From Ancylonema sp. (lineage: Eukaryota): DNA of 64,000 bases. The translations under genes were made by a program, and so were the position numbers. Shown piece by piece: positions 13,471 to 26,197 of this stretch (positions are counted from its first letter, which is position 1; each line of letters begins with the position of its first letter). The stretch spans positions 62,001-126,000 of the forward strand of contig JBFLGF010000084.1 in NCBI GenBank assembly GCA_050230475.1. The letters are read 5' to 3'. The notes under the pieces were generated by a model. That model did no database searches. It was given only the letters and a program-made list of their open reading frames with translations, and was not told the origin of the DNA.

Positions 13471-13853
13471 ATCTATGCTGTATGCTGTCTGCTGTCGCAT
13501 GTTTCTCCACTTCTGCTAGGCACAAATTATGCCTGTGTGAGTGTGGGCGCGCGACTTCCTTGCCACGTGTATACACAGTCGACTTTACGAGTCCACGCTG
13601 TCAAATAAATGATGACTCGTTTTGGTACGTTGACATACATCCGTACTTCGGTACAACGATAAAAACTCCTACGAGAGCATTGGCGCCGCGTTCAATGAGT
13701 CGCAGGCGGCTGCCCCGGCAAGCCTGAAAAGAGAAAAGAGATAGCCTGAGAAGAGGGGCCCATCTCCTACCCTTGGTTGCTGGTCAACCCTTGACAGGCT
13801 GGTTAGACGCAACAAGGCAACAGCGGCCTCTGTCGAAACTCAAGGATTTTTGA

Positions 13854-14252
<399 letters not shown>

Positions 14253-14394
14253 TGAATGTGTCGTACTAATGGTGACATACAGTGATGCACAATATTTTTT
14301 TACCGAATGTTCAGTCTGAAGCCAGCTCTCATGTCGCTCATTTCTCCCCGGAATCATCGTTAATGGATAAATGTCTGTCGAGATGGTCCACTTG

Positions 14395-16350
14395 TGTGGA
14401 AGACGCTGAGATTGCTGCTCACGGCCTACCAGACCCTATCCAAGGCGCTGCGAGACTTGAAAGACATGCCACTGGCAGTAGTGGGGTGCAGCCATTGAGC
14501 GATGGTGTGGCAAGGGGTGGGGGGGGCACAGAGTCAGCAGCCGCCTTGTTTTATGCGCTGTCCTTATGGCATGGGGAGGAGGAGGATGCAGCTCTGACGC
14601 ATACGGCTGTCTTCACGCCCCAGCCCCACCCTTTGACTCGGTAGGGAGTGGGGAAAGGATGGGGAAAGGGTCGGGGTTCAGGAGTGCACTTGGAGCCTGT
14701 GGAGATAGCAGTGCAGGTTTGTTTCTTGACACATGTCCAGGTCCGAGGTTTTGGGTTTCCATTCGGCTATTCGGCTTCGGCCTGGGGTTGCAGCTCCGGT
14801 CTGGGTCTGTAGTCAGGTTTGTTTTTTATTCTAATCGTTTTAGGGTTTAGGACCGCACAATCTTTGAGAAGACCTCGCCAGTCCATGGCAGGCATTTCAA
14901 GCATACCTGTGCCACATAAAACCACAACCCCTCTTCGCTACAAGTACACGGGCTCACCTGTGCACGGGTTCTGATGAAGAAGAGGACATCTCCCTCTCCC
15001 TCCAGTTCACACACACTCTAAACAGTTGTACACAATTGAGTCGCATCACTGAGACATTGCTCTACCAAGGCCCAAATCAGGTGCTGAGGTTTGGGGTTTG
15101 ACGTCCCTCTCCCCTCCTGCTGCAGCTGGAAGGGAAATGGCCCGACTCCCCAGAGGCTGTGCAGCGCGCCAAGCTGGCGCTGGCGTTCCTCCTCTACCTG
15201 GTTCAGCTTCTGGAGGCGACACATGGCGCCACGTGTGTGGCTGCAGAGGACGCAGTAGACGTGATCTGGTCTGGTATTGCTTTCGGCATGTCCATCGCCT
15301 ACGACAAAGACCCCTCCCCGATCAAAAGCGCAGCCCTGCCCCCCGCCCTCCGCCACCCTTCCACCCCCAGACAGCTGGCGAGTGACGTGGCGCTGAGGAG
15401 CCTCCATCGGGTCTCATGCTCAGCCTGCAGGGCCACCATCCCATCTTCTATCCCATCTTCGGACCCACCGTCAGGCTGGCCAAGCAGTGGGTGGGTGCAC
15501 ACATGCTGGCACCCATCCTCTGTTCTGAAGCTGTCGAGCTGTTAGTGGCTTCCCTCTTCACCCGCCCTGGTCTGCGTGGCGTGCCGCGGTCACGAATCAC
15601 GGGACTGCCCAGGTCTCGCCACCTGTCCTCCACCACTCCTATCCATTTCCACTATCTCAGTGTGTGTGCGGATGGGGCTGCTGTGATGATTATCTACTAT
15701 GTTCGACTGAGGGGGAAACCACCAGTGGTGAAACTTTGATGCGGTTATCTGAGCAGCTCTCATGCACAGGCCTTACAACAGAAGATACCCTACTGCCTAC
15801 CTTTATACCTCATACAGTATTGAGCATCTTGTGTGGTTGGTGAATATTGTGTGCAGGTTTCTGAGGCTGGTTGGGAGGCACACATGGAAAAGTGGTCCCC
15901 TCGTCGTCGATGTCAACCACGAATTAAGTTCCGAAGACAAGGAGGGCGTACAGACAAGACCCTGTCACTCCCATCCCTCTTCTTCCTCCATCCCTCTCCT
16001 CACCTTTTATTCTGTCGAGTTAAACTTATCAATCACAAATAGGCTGTACCAATTGAAAGGGGCCATGGTTGTGATACTGTGGTGGTGCCAGGATGAGTTT
16101 GGAGAGGTGGGCGAGTTTTGGGCTGACCCCCTCGCAGGGGATGGTGTGGGGGTGACTTGGAAGAGATCTGAAGCGAAGGTGAGGGATGCGAGGGCCATTA
16201 TGGACAGGTAGAAGGAGCTAATGCTGATGCTGATGGTGATGGTGATGCTGATTCATATTTTTGTGTGTGTGTGCAGCCAAAAGTGGGTGCACTTTTGAAG
16301 GCCATGCGCAGCGCTGCCTCTGGATTGCTCACATCCATCAAAACCTTCCC
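14395..16350 (+). pseudogene. NOL6: Fragmentary NOL6/Utp22 (Nrap) C-terminal half with introns, frameshifts and deletions
   Basis: Segments in Nrap order: LSKALRDLKDMPLAVVGVQPL, TAVFTPQPHPL, AKLALAFLL...EDAVDVIWSGIAF, FGPTVRLAKQWVGAHML...EAVELLVASLF...SRITG, FLRLVGRHTWKSGPLVVDVN, WADPLAGDGVGVTW. Boundaries approximate. Confidence 0.8.
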
Positions 16351-17681
16351 ATGCAAAGAGTAGAGATCATCTCTCAAGGTGGTCAGGGGGGTTGGCATGC
16401 AGCCATCTCCCATTCTCTTCTTGTGGTGTTAGAGGGCCATGTGCCACATTGTGGTTCACCTTGCTTGACTCTGGATCGTTAAGAGTTGTATAAGTACCGA
16501 TTCTGGAGAAGCAGCGCGCTATTGTGTCAAATTTTGTGAATAGTACCTGGATCAGCTCGTAGCTGTTCCTTTCTGACGTTCTGAAAAGGGTTGATGAGTT
16601 TGTTGGGCTGGAGCATGTGTTGGTTACTATGTTACATATAGAAATGTGTGAAACCTTCTCGGTATCGCCCAATTGCAACCGCAATAGTTATTCTCCTAAC
16701 AATCATGCAATACTTGAATCTGCTGATGACTGCGAGGATAGTAATGTGTATGTCCTCTTGATGTAGCAAACCCCATAGGAGGCTTTTGAATTATTTGTGA
16801 ATGTTAGTCTTTAATGAACTACACTTTTGTTTGCCTGCTCTTAAAGTACACGACATCCAACATCACGTACGCATATGTCATATCGAATTGTGTTGAGTGC
16901 ATTTGGTGCAAAAAGTGGACCAGAGGACACAAGATAAGGAGAGAAAAAAAATCCGTCATCCAAAAGTGGACAAATCAAGAATTTTTTATAGAAGTTCCTT
17001 GGCCTCAACACTTCAACGTAATGTTTTGGCTGCTTGTGATATTTATATTTACCCTTCCCTTCATTTGAGTTACATTTGGGGCAACAATTTGTCTGGAAGC
17101 GAAATGACTAACAACACCAAGGTGTTATATAAACACATCCATAACAACCACCATGGCCCAATCATCATTCTTGTCACAATGTAAGTACAACGTTATGTAT
17201 ACAAATGCATTCGACGTATATGTACACACATCGCATCCGACGTGTGAATGTTATGATACGTTCCGGTGGGCGACCTTTCTGCTAACCTATGCGGATCATA
17301 TCGGATGAGTGTGTCTTGCCAAACTTATAATCCAAGGTGAACACATTTATGGACCATACATTACAACAAGCCATGTTATTATTTCGAACGGAGGAATAAT
17401 TGATTTTTATTTTACAAATGTATTTCCTTGGAAAAAGGTACTAGAGCACGCTCTACAGTAGGGTATCGTTACAATATTACCCGGATATACATAATTGGGT
17501 AAACTCAACTTTGAATGACATATGAGCGTATCCCGAACAGCTTATTGGAGTAGCCATCCATGCTTACACTTATTATTTTAAATAGAACTAGCGAATAACA
17601 AGTCCTTCATGATCGCCAACAAACGCTTGATTCATCAAGCCACTTGAGACCTTAATGAAAAACATGCGGAAGGGAGAAAAT

Positions 17682-18022
17682 TGTTGAGTGTGTAATGCTA
17701 AGTATGGCGTAGTTCCCAGTGAGTGCGTGCTCATATCCGTGTCGACATGACCGGATATCCACTCAGTCAGCTGTCTAGTCAATCCGGTCAAGCCGACAGT
17801 TCGTTCGCTTAATGCTAGCGTCTTATTGGCTTAGCTCGTTACGGCTAGCTCGCCAAATCCAGCTTGAAGCTTTGCTCGCTGAGAATAAATATCCTTGTAC
17901 TCTCAGCAACAATCTAATACTTCTGAGCAAGCATTCGTGTCCATGGTATCTATGTGAATGCACATCTGAATGCAAGCGACACTATCGTAGACAAGAGCTG
18001 ATGTCGAACATGTCGACAACCA
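17682..18022 (+). mobile_element. Probable degenerate solo LTR (copia-like)
   Basis: Starts tgttgagtgtgtaatgct, like the copia LTR starts at 18909 and 34776 (reverse), and has a similar size. Ends near tgtcgacaacca. No TSD found. Confidence 0.45.
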
Positions 18023-18908
18023 TTATTCCACAAAAACCTTGTCGAATTTCTCTTATAAAGATGAAATGTGTGGTGAATGATTCAAGGGGGTAGAGTTTCG
18101 CGATGGCAACGTCGCTTTTTCTTGTTAGAGCATGGATTTTTTTTATGTATTTGTAGTCTTGACGCCGGTGGTGGTTGGGATACGAGAGGAGAGGAAGGTA
18201 TTGATGGTGGAGGAGTGATAGATGGCGGAGGAAATGTCGTGGGGGAGGCAGGTGTTCCCAAGGTGGGAAGAGGGAATTAAGGAGGAGGGGGTTTGGGGGG
18301 GAGAAGGGAATCCAGGTTGGGAGGAGGAAATGAGGGGCCGGGGGATCCTTGCAAAGGGGGGGATATAGGGTTGGGAGGAGGAAATGCGGGGGGAGGGGGG
18401 GATTCTTGGGGAGTGGGAGATGTCGGTTTGGGAGGAGGAAATGAGGGGGGAGGGGGGGACTCGGGGGGAGGGGGGGGTTTTGGATCGGGAGGAGGAAGTA
18501 AGGAAGGAAGAGATTCTGGAGGAGGTGGGGGGAGAGTTGGGGGAGGTGAAGCCCTTGCGCTCAGATGTGTTATGGTGACGTTGGCATGTGTGCCACGTAA
18601 GGAGAGCTGGCATAGTTGCACGTTCCCGCCCAAAACAAGTAAGCCGATGCATCCCATATACAAATATAAAGGTACATGGGATGGCTTGGAAGAGTAAATG
18701 TGGATGCTAACGAATTTGCATCTGGGATCTGGCGGACGAGGTTGTCATCGATGTACCACCTAAAATCACCCACCCACCAACCCACCCAACCAACCCACCT
18801 TTTATGTCAAACGCATGTGTCCATTCAGTCACAAAATCAGACGTGGGCTTGTTACTTCGTATGTTGTCTCCTTCCAGACAATATTTGTGAAAAAATGCAC
18901 CACTATAC

Positions 18909-21900
18909 TGTTGAGTGTAGTAATGTCACACGTGCTAGCATCTCGGTTCGCCAACCGGCCTAGTTAAGCTTGTCGTCAGTTTAGCTGACCGACAACGATT
19001 CCGTCTGCCATATCGTCAATATATTTCCTGTTCGTTCATTCGTGTAGACTAGCCACGTCAGCTTAGCAAATCCCGGGCAAACTCTTACGAGTTCTGTGCA
19101 GCTACTTATCCACTTGTATGCTCGCTCACTTCGCTAATATTCTTCTAAGCAATATTCCATGTCAGCCATGGCTCGCTACTAAGTGTGCATGCGCATTGCA
19201 ACATTGTCGACACAACAGATATGTCGACTTCTCAAAGTCTAGATGGTATTAGAGCTTTCTCTACAGAAAAGGGGAATGGTAACACGATCACACTTCTGAA
19301 TAAGGATACCTATTCAGCCTGGTCATGCAAAGTCGAAGGCCAACTCGATGCAGATGATCTATGGGAAATCGTTTCGGGCCAACGCAAAGCGCCGATCGTT
19401 CCAGCAACAGTTCGCAATGCAAACGATGCTGCAACAGTCAATCAAGCCGAAATCACAGCAAAAGAAGTTGAGCTCAAAACATTCATCAAAGACTCCAAAC
19501 GTGCAGCCAGCTATCTTCTCAACATGATCAATGACGGTCAGCTCTTCCATGTCAGATTACTTCGCACAGACCCTGTCGCAATGTGGCAACGACTCAAGGA
19601 CACTTTTGAGCGCACGACTGAGATGACCGTTGAGGCTGCTCAGATGCAGTTGCTGAATTTTGCGCACATCGAGACTGAGAATGCTGATCAGACAATCGAG
19701 CGCTATGTAGCCATTGTGGAACTGTGTGGTCAGCAAGGAGTTGCTCCATCGGAACTGCTGCAGCAAAGGATGTTGCTGTCGAGACCAAATGCGCGGTACA
19801 ACTATCTGAAGAAGTACGTGCAGCACTCCGACACTCCGACAGACATCCAGAAGATCTTCAGGAAGATGAGAGATGATGACACCGAGCACCAGGTCGACCA
19901 GACTCCTCTTCCCGGCTCAGCAGCTTTCCTAGAAGCAGTTCAGAACCAGGTGGAAATCATGTGGGCACAGAAGCTCAGCAAGGAGGGCAAGAATCATCGA
20001 GGTGGTGGTGGCAATGGTGGCAGCTACAAGGCTGACAACAACTGCTTCAACTGCGGACAAAAAGGGCATTTTTCGAGAGAGTGCCCTACACAAAAGATAA
20101 TCTGCAACTTTTGTCATCGACATGGACATCTTGAAACAGATTGCAGAACCAAGCGACAAATCGAACGTGGAGCAGCAGCGCGACAACAGTCTGGACAAGC
20201 AGCTGAGCAAGGACAAGCAAATCGACAATAGTATGGACAAGCAACTCAGCAAGGACAAGCAGATCGACAACAGTATGGACAAGCAGCTCAGCAAGGACAA
20301 GCAGCTCGACAACAAAATCCGGCTCCGTCTCTTTTCTACAACAACACGGGCGAGGCAAATATGGCGCTGATCGACACGGCATCGACACAAAACACCTGGC
20401 TGGGGGATTCAGGGGCTTCTCATCACACGACACATGACATGGCAAATTACTCGACATTCTCGAGGTTGACAAATCCTTACAAAATCACTCAGGTTAAAGG
20501 GGAAGTTCTGGTGACACACTCGGGAACTGTCAACCTCATCACTCAATCAGCTACAGGACCTCACACTTTGCAACTACATGATGTGCTTTACATTCCGAGC
20601 ATGAACTTCAGCCTTCTCTCTCTACAGAAGATGGTGGATGCAGATTTCATTCCGGTTTTCAGAGAGGTTCCTGGAAAAGTGGTGATAAAGGAGACTACGA
20701 CTACTGGCCACATGCAGCAAATTGCCCTCATGACAGTTACTAAGGGTCGTCTAACACTGGACTGTGAGCTGGCTCCTCGGTCGCCGGTAGCTCCTGCAGC
20801 CATCTTCATAACTTCCGTCTCCATGGATGTGCTGCATCGACGCCTTGGGCACAGTGGCAATCCTGCAATCAAAAGACTTCTAGCTGAGGACATGGTGCAT
20901 GGTATCACAGTGACGAGAGGCACAGAGCTCGAACCTTGTGATGCATGCCAGCTTGGGAAGCTGACCAGACCTCCTCATCCTCCAAGTCCCTTCTTGCATA
21001 ACACGATCAGGCCACTTCAACTTGTGGTCATGGATCTGGATGGACCGGTGAAACCGAAGAGCTTGGTCAGCGACAATACATCCTGAACTTGTGTTTTCAC
21101 GCGGTTTTCATGGTTCATTCCTGCTCAAAAATAAAGCAGAGGCATCGGAGAAGATCTTAGACTGGCTGCCTGTGGCAGAGAATGAGTCGGAATGCAAACT
21201 TCTATTCCTCCGATCAGACAATGGTGGCGAGTTTACCCCTCTTGCTACCAAACGTCACTTGGCCAGGGAAGGTGTCGTGCAGCAAACTACTCCTCCATAC
21301 TCTCCAGAGAGCAATGGGAGGATGGCGGAGAGGCTCAACAGAACGCTAAAACAAGTGCAGGACAATGATGATAGCAGCCAAGGTGCCAGGATACCTGTGG
21401 GGAGAGGTGTTTGAGGCAGCCAACACCTTGCGAAATGTCACTCCAGTTTCCAACATGACTTGCACTCCCATCGAGAAGTGGACGGGTCAAAAACCAGATC
21501 TTTCAAAGCTGCGCATCGTCGGAAGCAAAGCATTCTGTCAGATACAGAAGAGTCAAAGAGGTGGGAGAAGTTCGAGCCAGTGGCCTACATGGGGGGGGCC
21601 CTGGTCTCAACTACAACAACAGTTCAAATGCCTATCGGGTCTGGAATCCAGCAAATGCCAAGGGGTGTTTAATGTCGGCTCTCCAGCCTTCGATGAAGCT
21701 GCAACACCAGGGTGGTGGAGGATACCAGGAGCAGATGAGGGCGACATGAATGTGGAGTTTCCTGACCTACTTACCTATACGGTGCCAGATTATGCGTATC
21801 CTCTCCCACCTACAGTTGCCGACATGACGCCTCCATATCTCGGTGAAGCAGTTGATGCTGAGGAGGAAGATCTAGCCAGCCAAAAAGCCAGTCCACCTGC

Positions 21901-23988
21901 AGTTCCCCTCGTCGTCCCTGCGCAGCCGACTTCTCCTCGACACAACAACCGCAGCAACAAAGGGGTGCCTCCTCTCCGTTTGGTTGAAGTCATGGTGGCT
22001 GCCATTGATCACTGCAGCAGACGAGCCAAAGACATTCAAATAGGCGATGAAACTTCTTGACAAAGAACTCTGGCACCAAGCAATTCGAGCAGAGGTTGAC
22101 TCCCTAGTCGAAAACAAAGTCTATGAGATCGACCATCTGGCTTCAAGGCCGTGGTCAGCTCTAAGTGGGTGTTCAAGAAGAAGAGGGGCATATCCGGGGA
22201 GGTTGAGAAGTATAAGGCCAAGGTGGTGGCAAGTGGATTCACTCAAGAGGAGGGGGTAGATTATTACGAAACCTTTGCACCAAAAGTGAGGTGTGAGAGC
22301 GTTCGAATGATGCTGGCTGAAGCTGCTGCAGAGGGCCTCCACACAGCTCAGATGGATGTCACCACGGCTTTCCTATACGCAAACCTCGAGGAGGAAGTCT
22401 ACATGGAAATCCCGAATGGGATGTTCGACCAGCCAATGCCTGGCAAGGTGCTCCGACTCCTCAAAGCTCTGTATGGCCTCAAACAGTTCCCTCCAGAGAA
22501 TGTGGAATCTGCACATCGACAAAGTTCTTGGTCAGTGTGGCTTCAAAAGGCTGATAGCTGATTTCTGTGTCTACATCATTGGGGAAGGGAAGCAGAGAGT
22601 GCTGCTCGGACTCTATGTCGATGATATGTTCATGATTGCTGCATTGCTTGAGAATCTTGCAGGCATCAAACAGTATCTGAACAAAACCTTCAAGATGAAA
22701 GATCTCGGCCCAGTCAAGTTTATGCTCGGGATGGAAATTCGGTTGCAGCCGAATGGGGACATACACTTGTTGCAGGAGAAGTATCTGGGAGAGATCCTTA
22801 CCAAATTCGATATGAATGACTGCCGAGCTGTCAGCACTCCACTCCCTCCTGGCAGCAAGCTCAGCATGAAGGACTCCCCTCAAACAGCCGCAGATCGGGA
22901 GGCCATGGCGATCATCCCTTATCGACAGGTCTTGGGCAGCCTGATGTATTTGGCGACGTGTTCCAGGCCGGATATTTATGCAGCCATCAGTTCACTAGCT
23001 CGTTTCAGTGCAGACCCGGGGCCAGCACAGTGGGAGGGCATTCAGCATGTCTTGAAATACCTGAAGGGGATCAAAGGGGGTGGGATCTGTTATAAGAGAG
23101 GGGCCAGCACTAAAATCTGGGGATACAGCGATGCAAGTCATCTGACATGTCCAGACACTGGCAGAAGCAAAGCAGGGTCAGCTTTCATCGAAGCAGGAGG
23201 GGCAGTCAGTTGGGCAAACAAATTGGTGGGGAATGCTTCACTCAGCAGTTGCGAAAGCGAATACATGGGGCTAACCTTGGCAGCTCAAGAGGCCAACTAC
23301 CTTCGCTCGCTTCAGATGCAGATGTCGGGAAAAGCTGTTGTCGCTCGTCCAATTCGCATCCTGATGGACAGCCAGCCAGCCTTGACATCGTGCACACCCC
23401 ATGTATCATCCTCGGTCGAAACAAATTCTGGCACGATATCATTTTGTGAGGGACAGAGTGCACCAGGAGAAGGAGATCACAGTGGAGTGCGCTGCAAACC
23501 AGATGGGGGCAGACATGCTGACCAAACATGCCAGTGTGGCAGTTCTACGATATAACAAAAAGTTGTTGGGAATGTTTTATTAATTTGGTGGGGTTCTTCT
23601 TTGTTGTTTATTAATTACCGATGTAGCACATATAACATTATTAGGGGGGTGTGTTGAGTGTAGTAATGTCACACGTGCTAGCATCTCGGTTCGCCAACCG
23701 GCCTAGTTAAGCTTGTCGTCAGTTTAGCTAGCTGACCGGCAGCGATTCCGTCTCCCATATCGTCAATATATTTCCTGTTCGTTCATTCGTGTAGACTAGC
23801 CACGTCAGCTTAGCAAATCCCGCGCAAACTCTTACGAGTTTTGTGCAGCTACTATCCACTTGTATGCTCGCTGACTTCGCTAATATTCTTCTAAGCATAT
23901 TCCATGTCAAACATGGCTCGCTACTAAGTGTGCATGCGCATTGCAAGATTGTCGACACAACAGATATGTCGACTTCTCAAAGTCTAGA
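18909..23988 (+). mobile_element. Ty1/copia LTR retrotransposon, full length but frameshifted
   Basis: LTRs 18909-19243 and 23652-23988 (very similar). tRNA-Met-type PBS tggtattagagc at 19244, PPT before 23652. Gag with two CCHC knuckles, protease WLGDSGAS, integrase (HRRLGH, SDNGGEF), RT (YVDD) and RNase H. Confidence 0.97.
20181..20315 (+). repeat. 42-bp tandem repeat (3+ copies) in the gag-protease linker, encoding RQQxGQAxxQGQAx
   Basis: Units start at 20181, 20223 and 20265. Copy 2 has TAG where the other copies have CAG. Confidence 0.9.
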
Positions 23989-25845
23989 GTAAATTGCATT
24001 CAGCCGCCTTTTAAATCCAGATCATTATAAAATAGCAGATGATGACGTGAATGATGATATAGAAAGGAGACATGTCCTTGTGGACCAAATAGAAAATATT
24101 ACAGACGTTGAATCTATAAATTTGCTTGCAGTCCTTTCGACAAAATCAATGTGTTGCATCTCTGATCTAGGCGGACCTGCATGCATATTATCTTTCATCT
24201 CACCCATCGACAAAGTAGTTGGACTGCACATAAGATTGACTGTTGCCGAAAAATTCAAAGTCGATCTCGTCGTGCACTCCGGACTCATTGTCCGTGTAGA
24301 AAGTTGACACAACACCACTGCAACGATGGCATGGTTGTTGTCACCAATCAGGTCAGCAAGCCTCGTCACTATTACCATCTCCTGCCCATGTCACCCATAT
24401 CCTCGTCAACGTTAATATTGACTGTCGCCTCTGAGAGCCTGCTTCACTTGTACTCATACCTGGTGTCACATCCAGGCCCTCTGATGCTGGCCTTGAAGGA
24501 CGGTCCAGGGCCGTAGGTCGCCAACGATCTCAATCGAGAGGCTGCCGACATCGTCCAAATCCAAGTTATGTGAGACTGGGATTCATAGCACCAATTCATT
24601 TTCACTGTCGACGATGCACAACTTTTGACGCCGAGAAACGACATCGCACTAACGGCAAAGAATTGTCGAAATGGTTAGTCAGTCGGGATGGAGGCTGCCT
24701 ATCATATCAGAGGTCAGTCGACTTACAGCCTGAGTGGTCGAGCGGCATAGCTACTCGCGCTCCAAATATTGTTTCGGTGTACTCCACATGGTCCGATGGC
24801 CCAGCATCCAGGATGAATTGAGGATCGGGCGCACTTGTGGATATCAGAAGCCTTCGAGAACTTCCCACCAGCGCTCCAAGATACTGTGAGCCGGACCTCG
24901 TCCCAACGGTTTCCGATGCCGATCGGTCCAATTCAATTGTATTTAATGCTACAGCCCTACACACGAGAGAATGACATGAAGCCACATCAAGATTTCTTAG
25001 TGTTTCGGGTTAGGTACATCAACATTTCCGTATGAAAAATACAAGAACGCCTCATCGAAAGGTACTTGATATGGTCATGCAATCGACAAAAAAATAAGAC
25101 GTTGGCTCGAATAAGATTATTAAATCCAGAAACCTACCTCGAAGGGCCACACTCAATGCAAACAAAAAGAAATAGACAGGCAGCCGATACCGCAAAATTC
25201 CGACTGCATCTTATCATATTTTTGGAGACAAACATCAGCATTCGTCGGCAGATGAACATTGGCTAATTCCTTCCTTGGGTTCCTTCTACGACTCACCTTA
25301 CCAGCCCAAATGTATAAAAATCGCATGATTTTGCACCCACTGTCACATTTGATTTGATGATGGTGAGAGCGACAGTGATGGCGATGTGCGACTGACTTGT
25401 GCGTGTGACTCACACAGCGTGAGCCCCCCGTGTTGCTGAGGGCCAACAATTTGTTGGCATTTTCTCACAGATGATCCAAACGTGACCAGAAATGACAAAG
25501 CCTGAGTATTGCATCGTACGATTTCTCTGCGTTTGTGTTTTGGATTTTCCACCAATTTTGTTTTCTTTCCGTGCGGTCGTTAAGACTCGCTATTTCGTGG
25601 TAACTGAAGCAATCGACTTCGGGAAGGTGATAGGCTGTTCCATGTAAAATCCAAGAAATGAACAAGTACCACTTCCAGCATACCAAACAGCTTGCAGCAA
25701 TTAAGATGTTGTATGTTGTTAAGTTTTTACACACCTGGAAAGTGACCAGCGAATGTCTTTCATCTAGTATCGAGATTAATGTTGTCAGCAATGTTGGATA
25801 TGCTGCCGTTTTTACTTATATGTAATATCCATATATAGTATAGTT

Positions 25846-26197
25846 CAGTGTTGCACCGACCGGCACAGACCGGCAGACCGGCAGACCGGCTAGACTGGGG
25901 TCTCAAATTCTTCTCAAATGCCCAGGGTTTTTGAAAATGTATTTAATTTTTGTATAGTCATAAATTATCGATTGTATATTTAAATTTCCACATTCTAGTC
26001 TAGAATATGTAGTGTAGTGGTACGGGTGCACATCGACAGCAGGCGCCGGTTCAAATCACAATTTACATGTATGAAACGTTTTTTTCCCCATACATACCAA
26101 AGAAAACATAGCAGACTGCGATTTAGACCGCGCAGACCGCGGTCTGCCGGTCCTGACCGCGGTCTCGATTTCAGTTTTGCCGGTCTGTGCAACACTG
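25846..26197. mobile_element. Non-autonomous hAT-type MITE (352 bp)
   Basis: TIRs cagtgttgca...tgcaacactg, perfect 8-bp TSD gtatagtt (25838-25845 and 26198-26205), subterminal agaccgg/ccggtct repeats. Confidence 0.93.

Larger units (their letters stand above)
18082..25259 (-). pseudogene. GH16 (EG16/XTH-like endoglucanase) with signal/propeptide and extensin-like Pro-rich C-terminus, interrupted by a copia element
   Basis: Exons 25259-25138 (hydrophobic leader), 24956-24727 (SRRLL), ~24648-24460 (ASIRGPGCDT), 24317-24204 (SGVVSTFYTDNESGVHDEIDFEFFGNSQSYVQSNYFVDG) and 18759-18082 (WYIDDNLVR...PSHPMYLYICIWDAS...WAG...PYV then SPPPP repeats). Frameshifts, an in-frame TAA at 18277-18279 and a missing middle exon. 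Confidence 0.85.

Noticed and set aside
20229..20231. In-frame TAG between copia gag and protease as a readthrough signal
   Set aside because: Neighbouring tandem-repeat copies have CAG at the same position, so it is a simple C>T mutation.
20181..20315. Regular repeats as a CRISPR array (also considered for 53840-54390)
   Set aside because: No unique spacers, eukaryotic retroelement context and no cas genes.
23401..23450. SKQILARYHF variant in the RNase H of both related copia elements
   Set aside because: A family-level variant; the catalytic acidic residues (SDAS, ESE, DSQ, ADMLTK) are retained.
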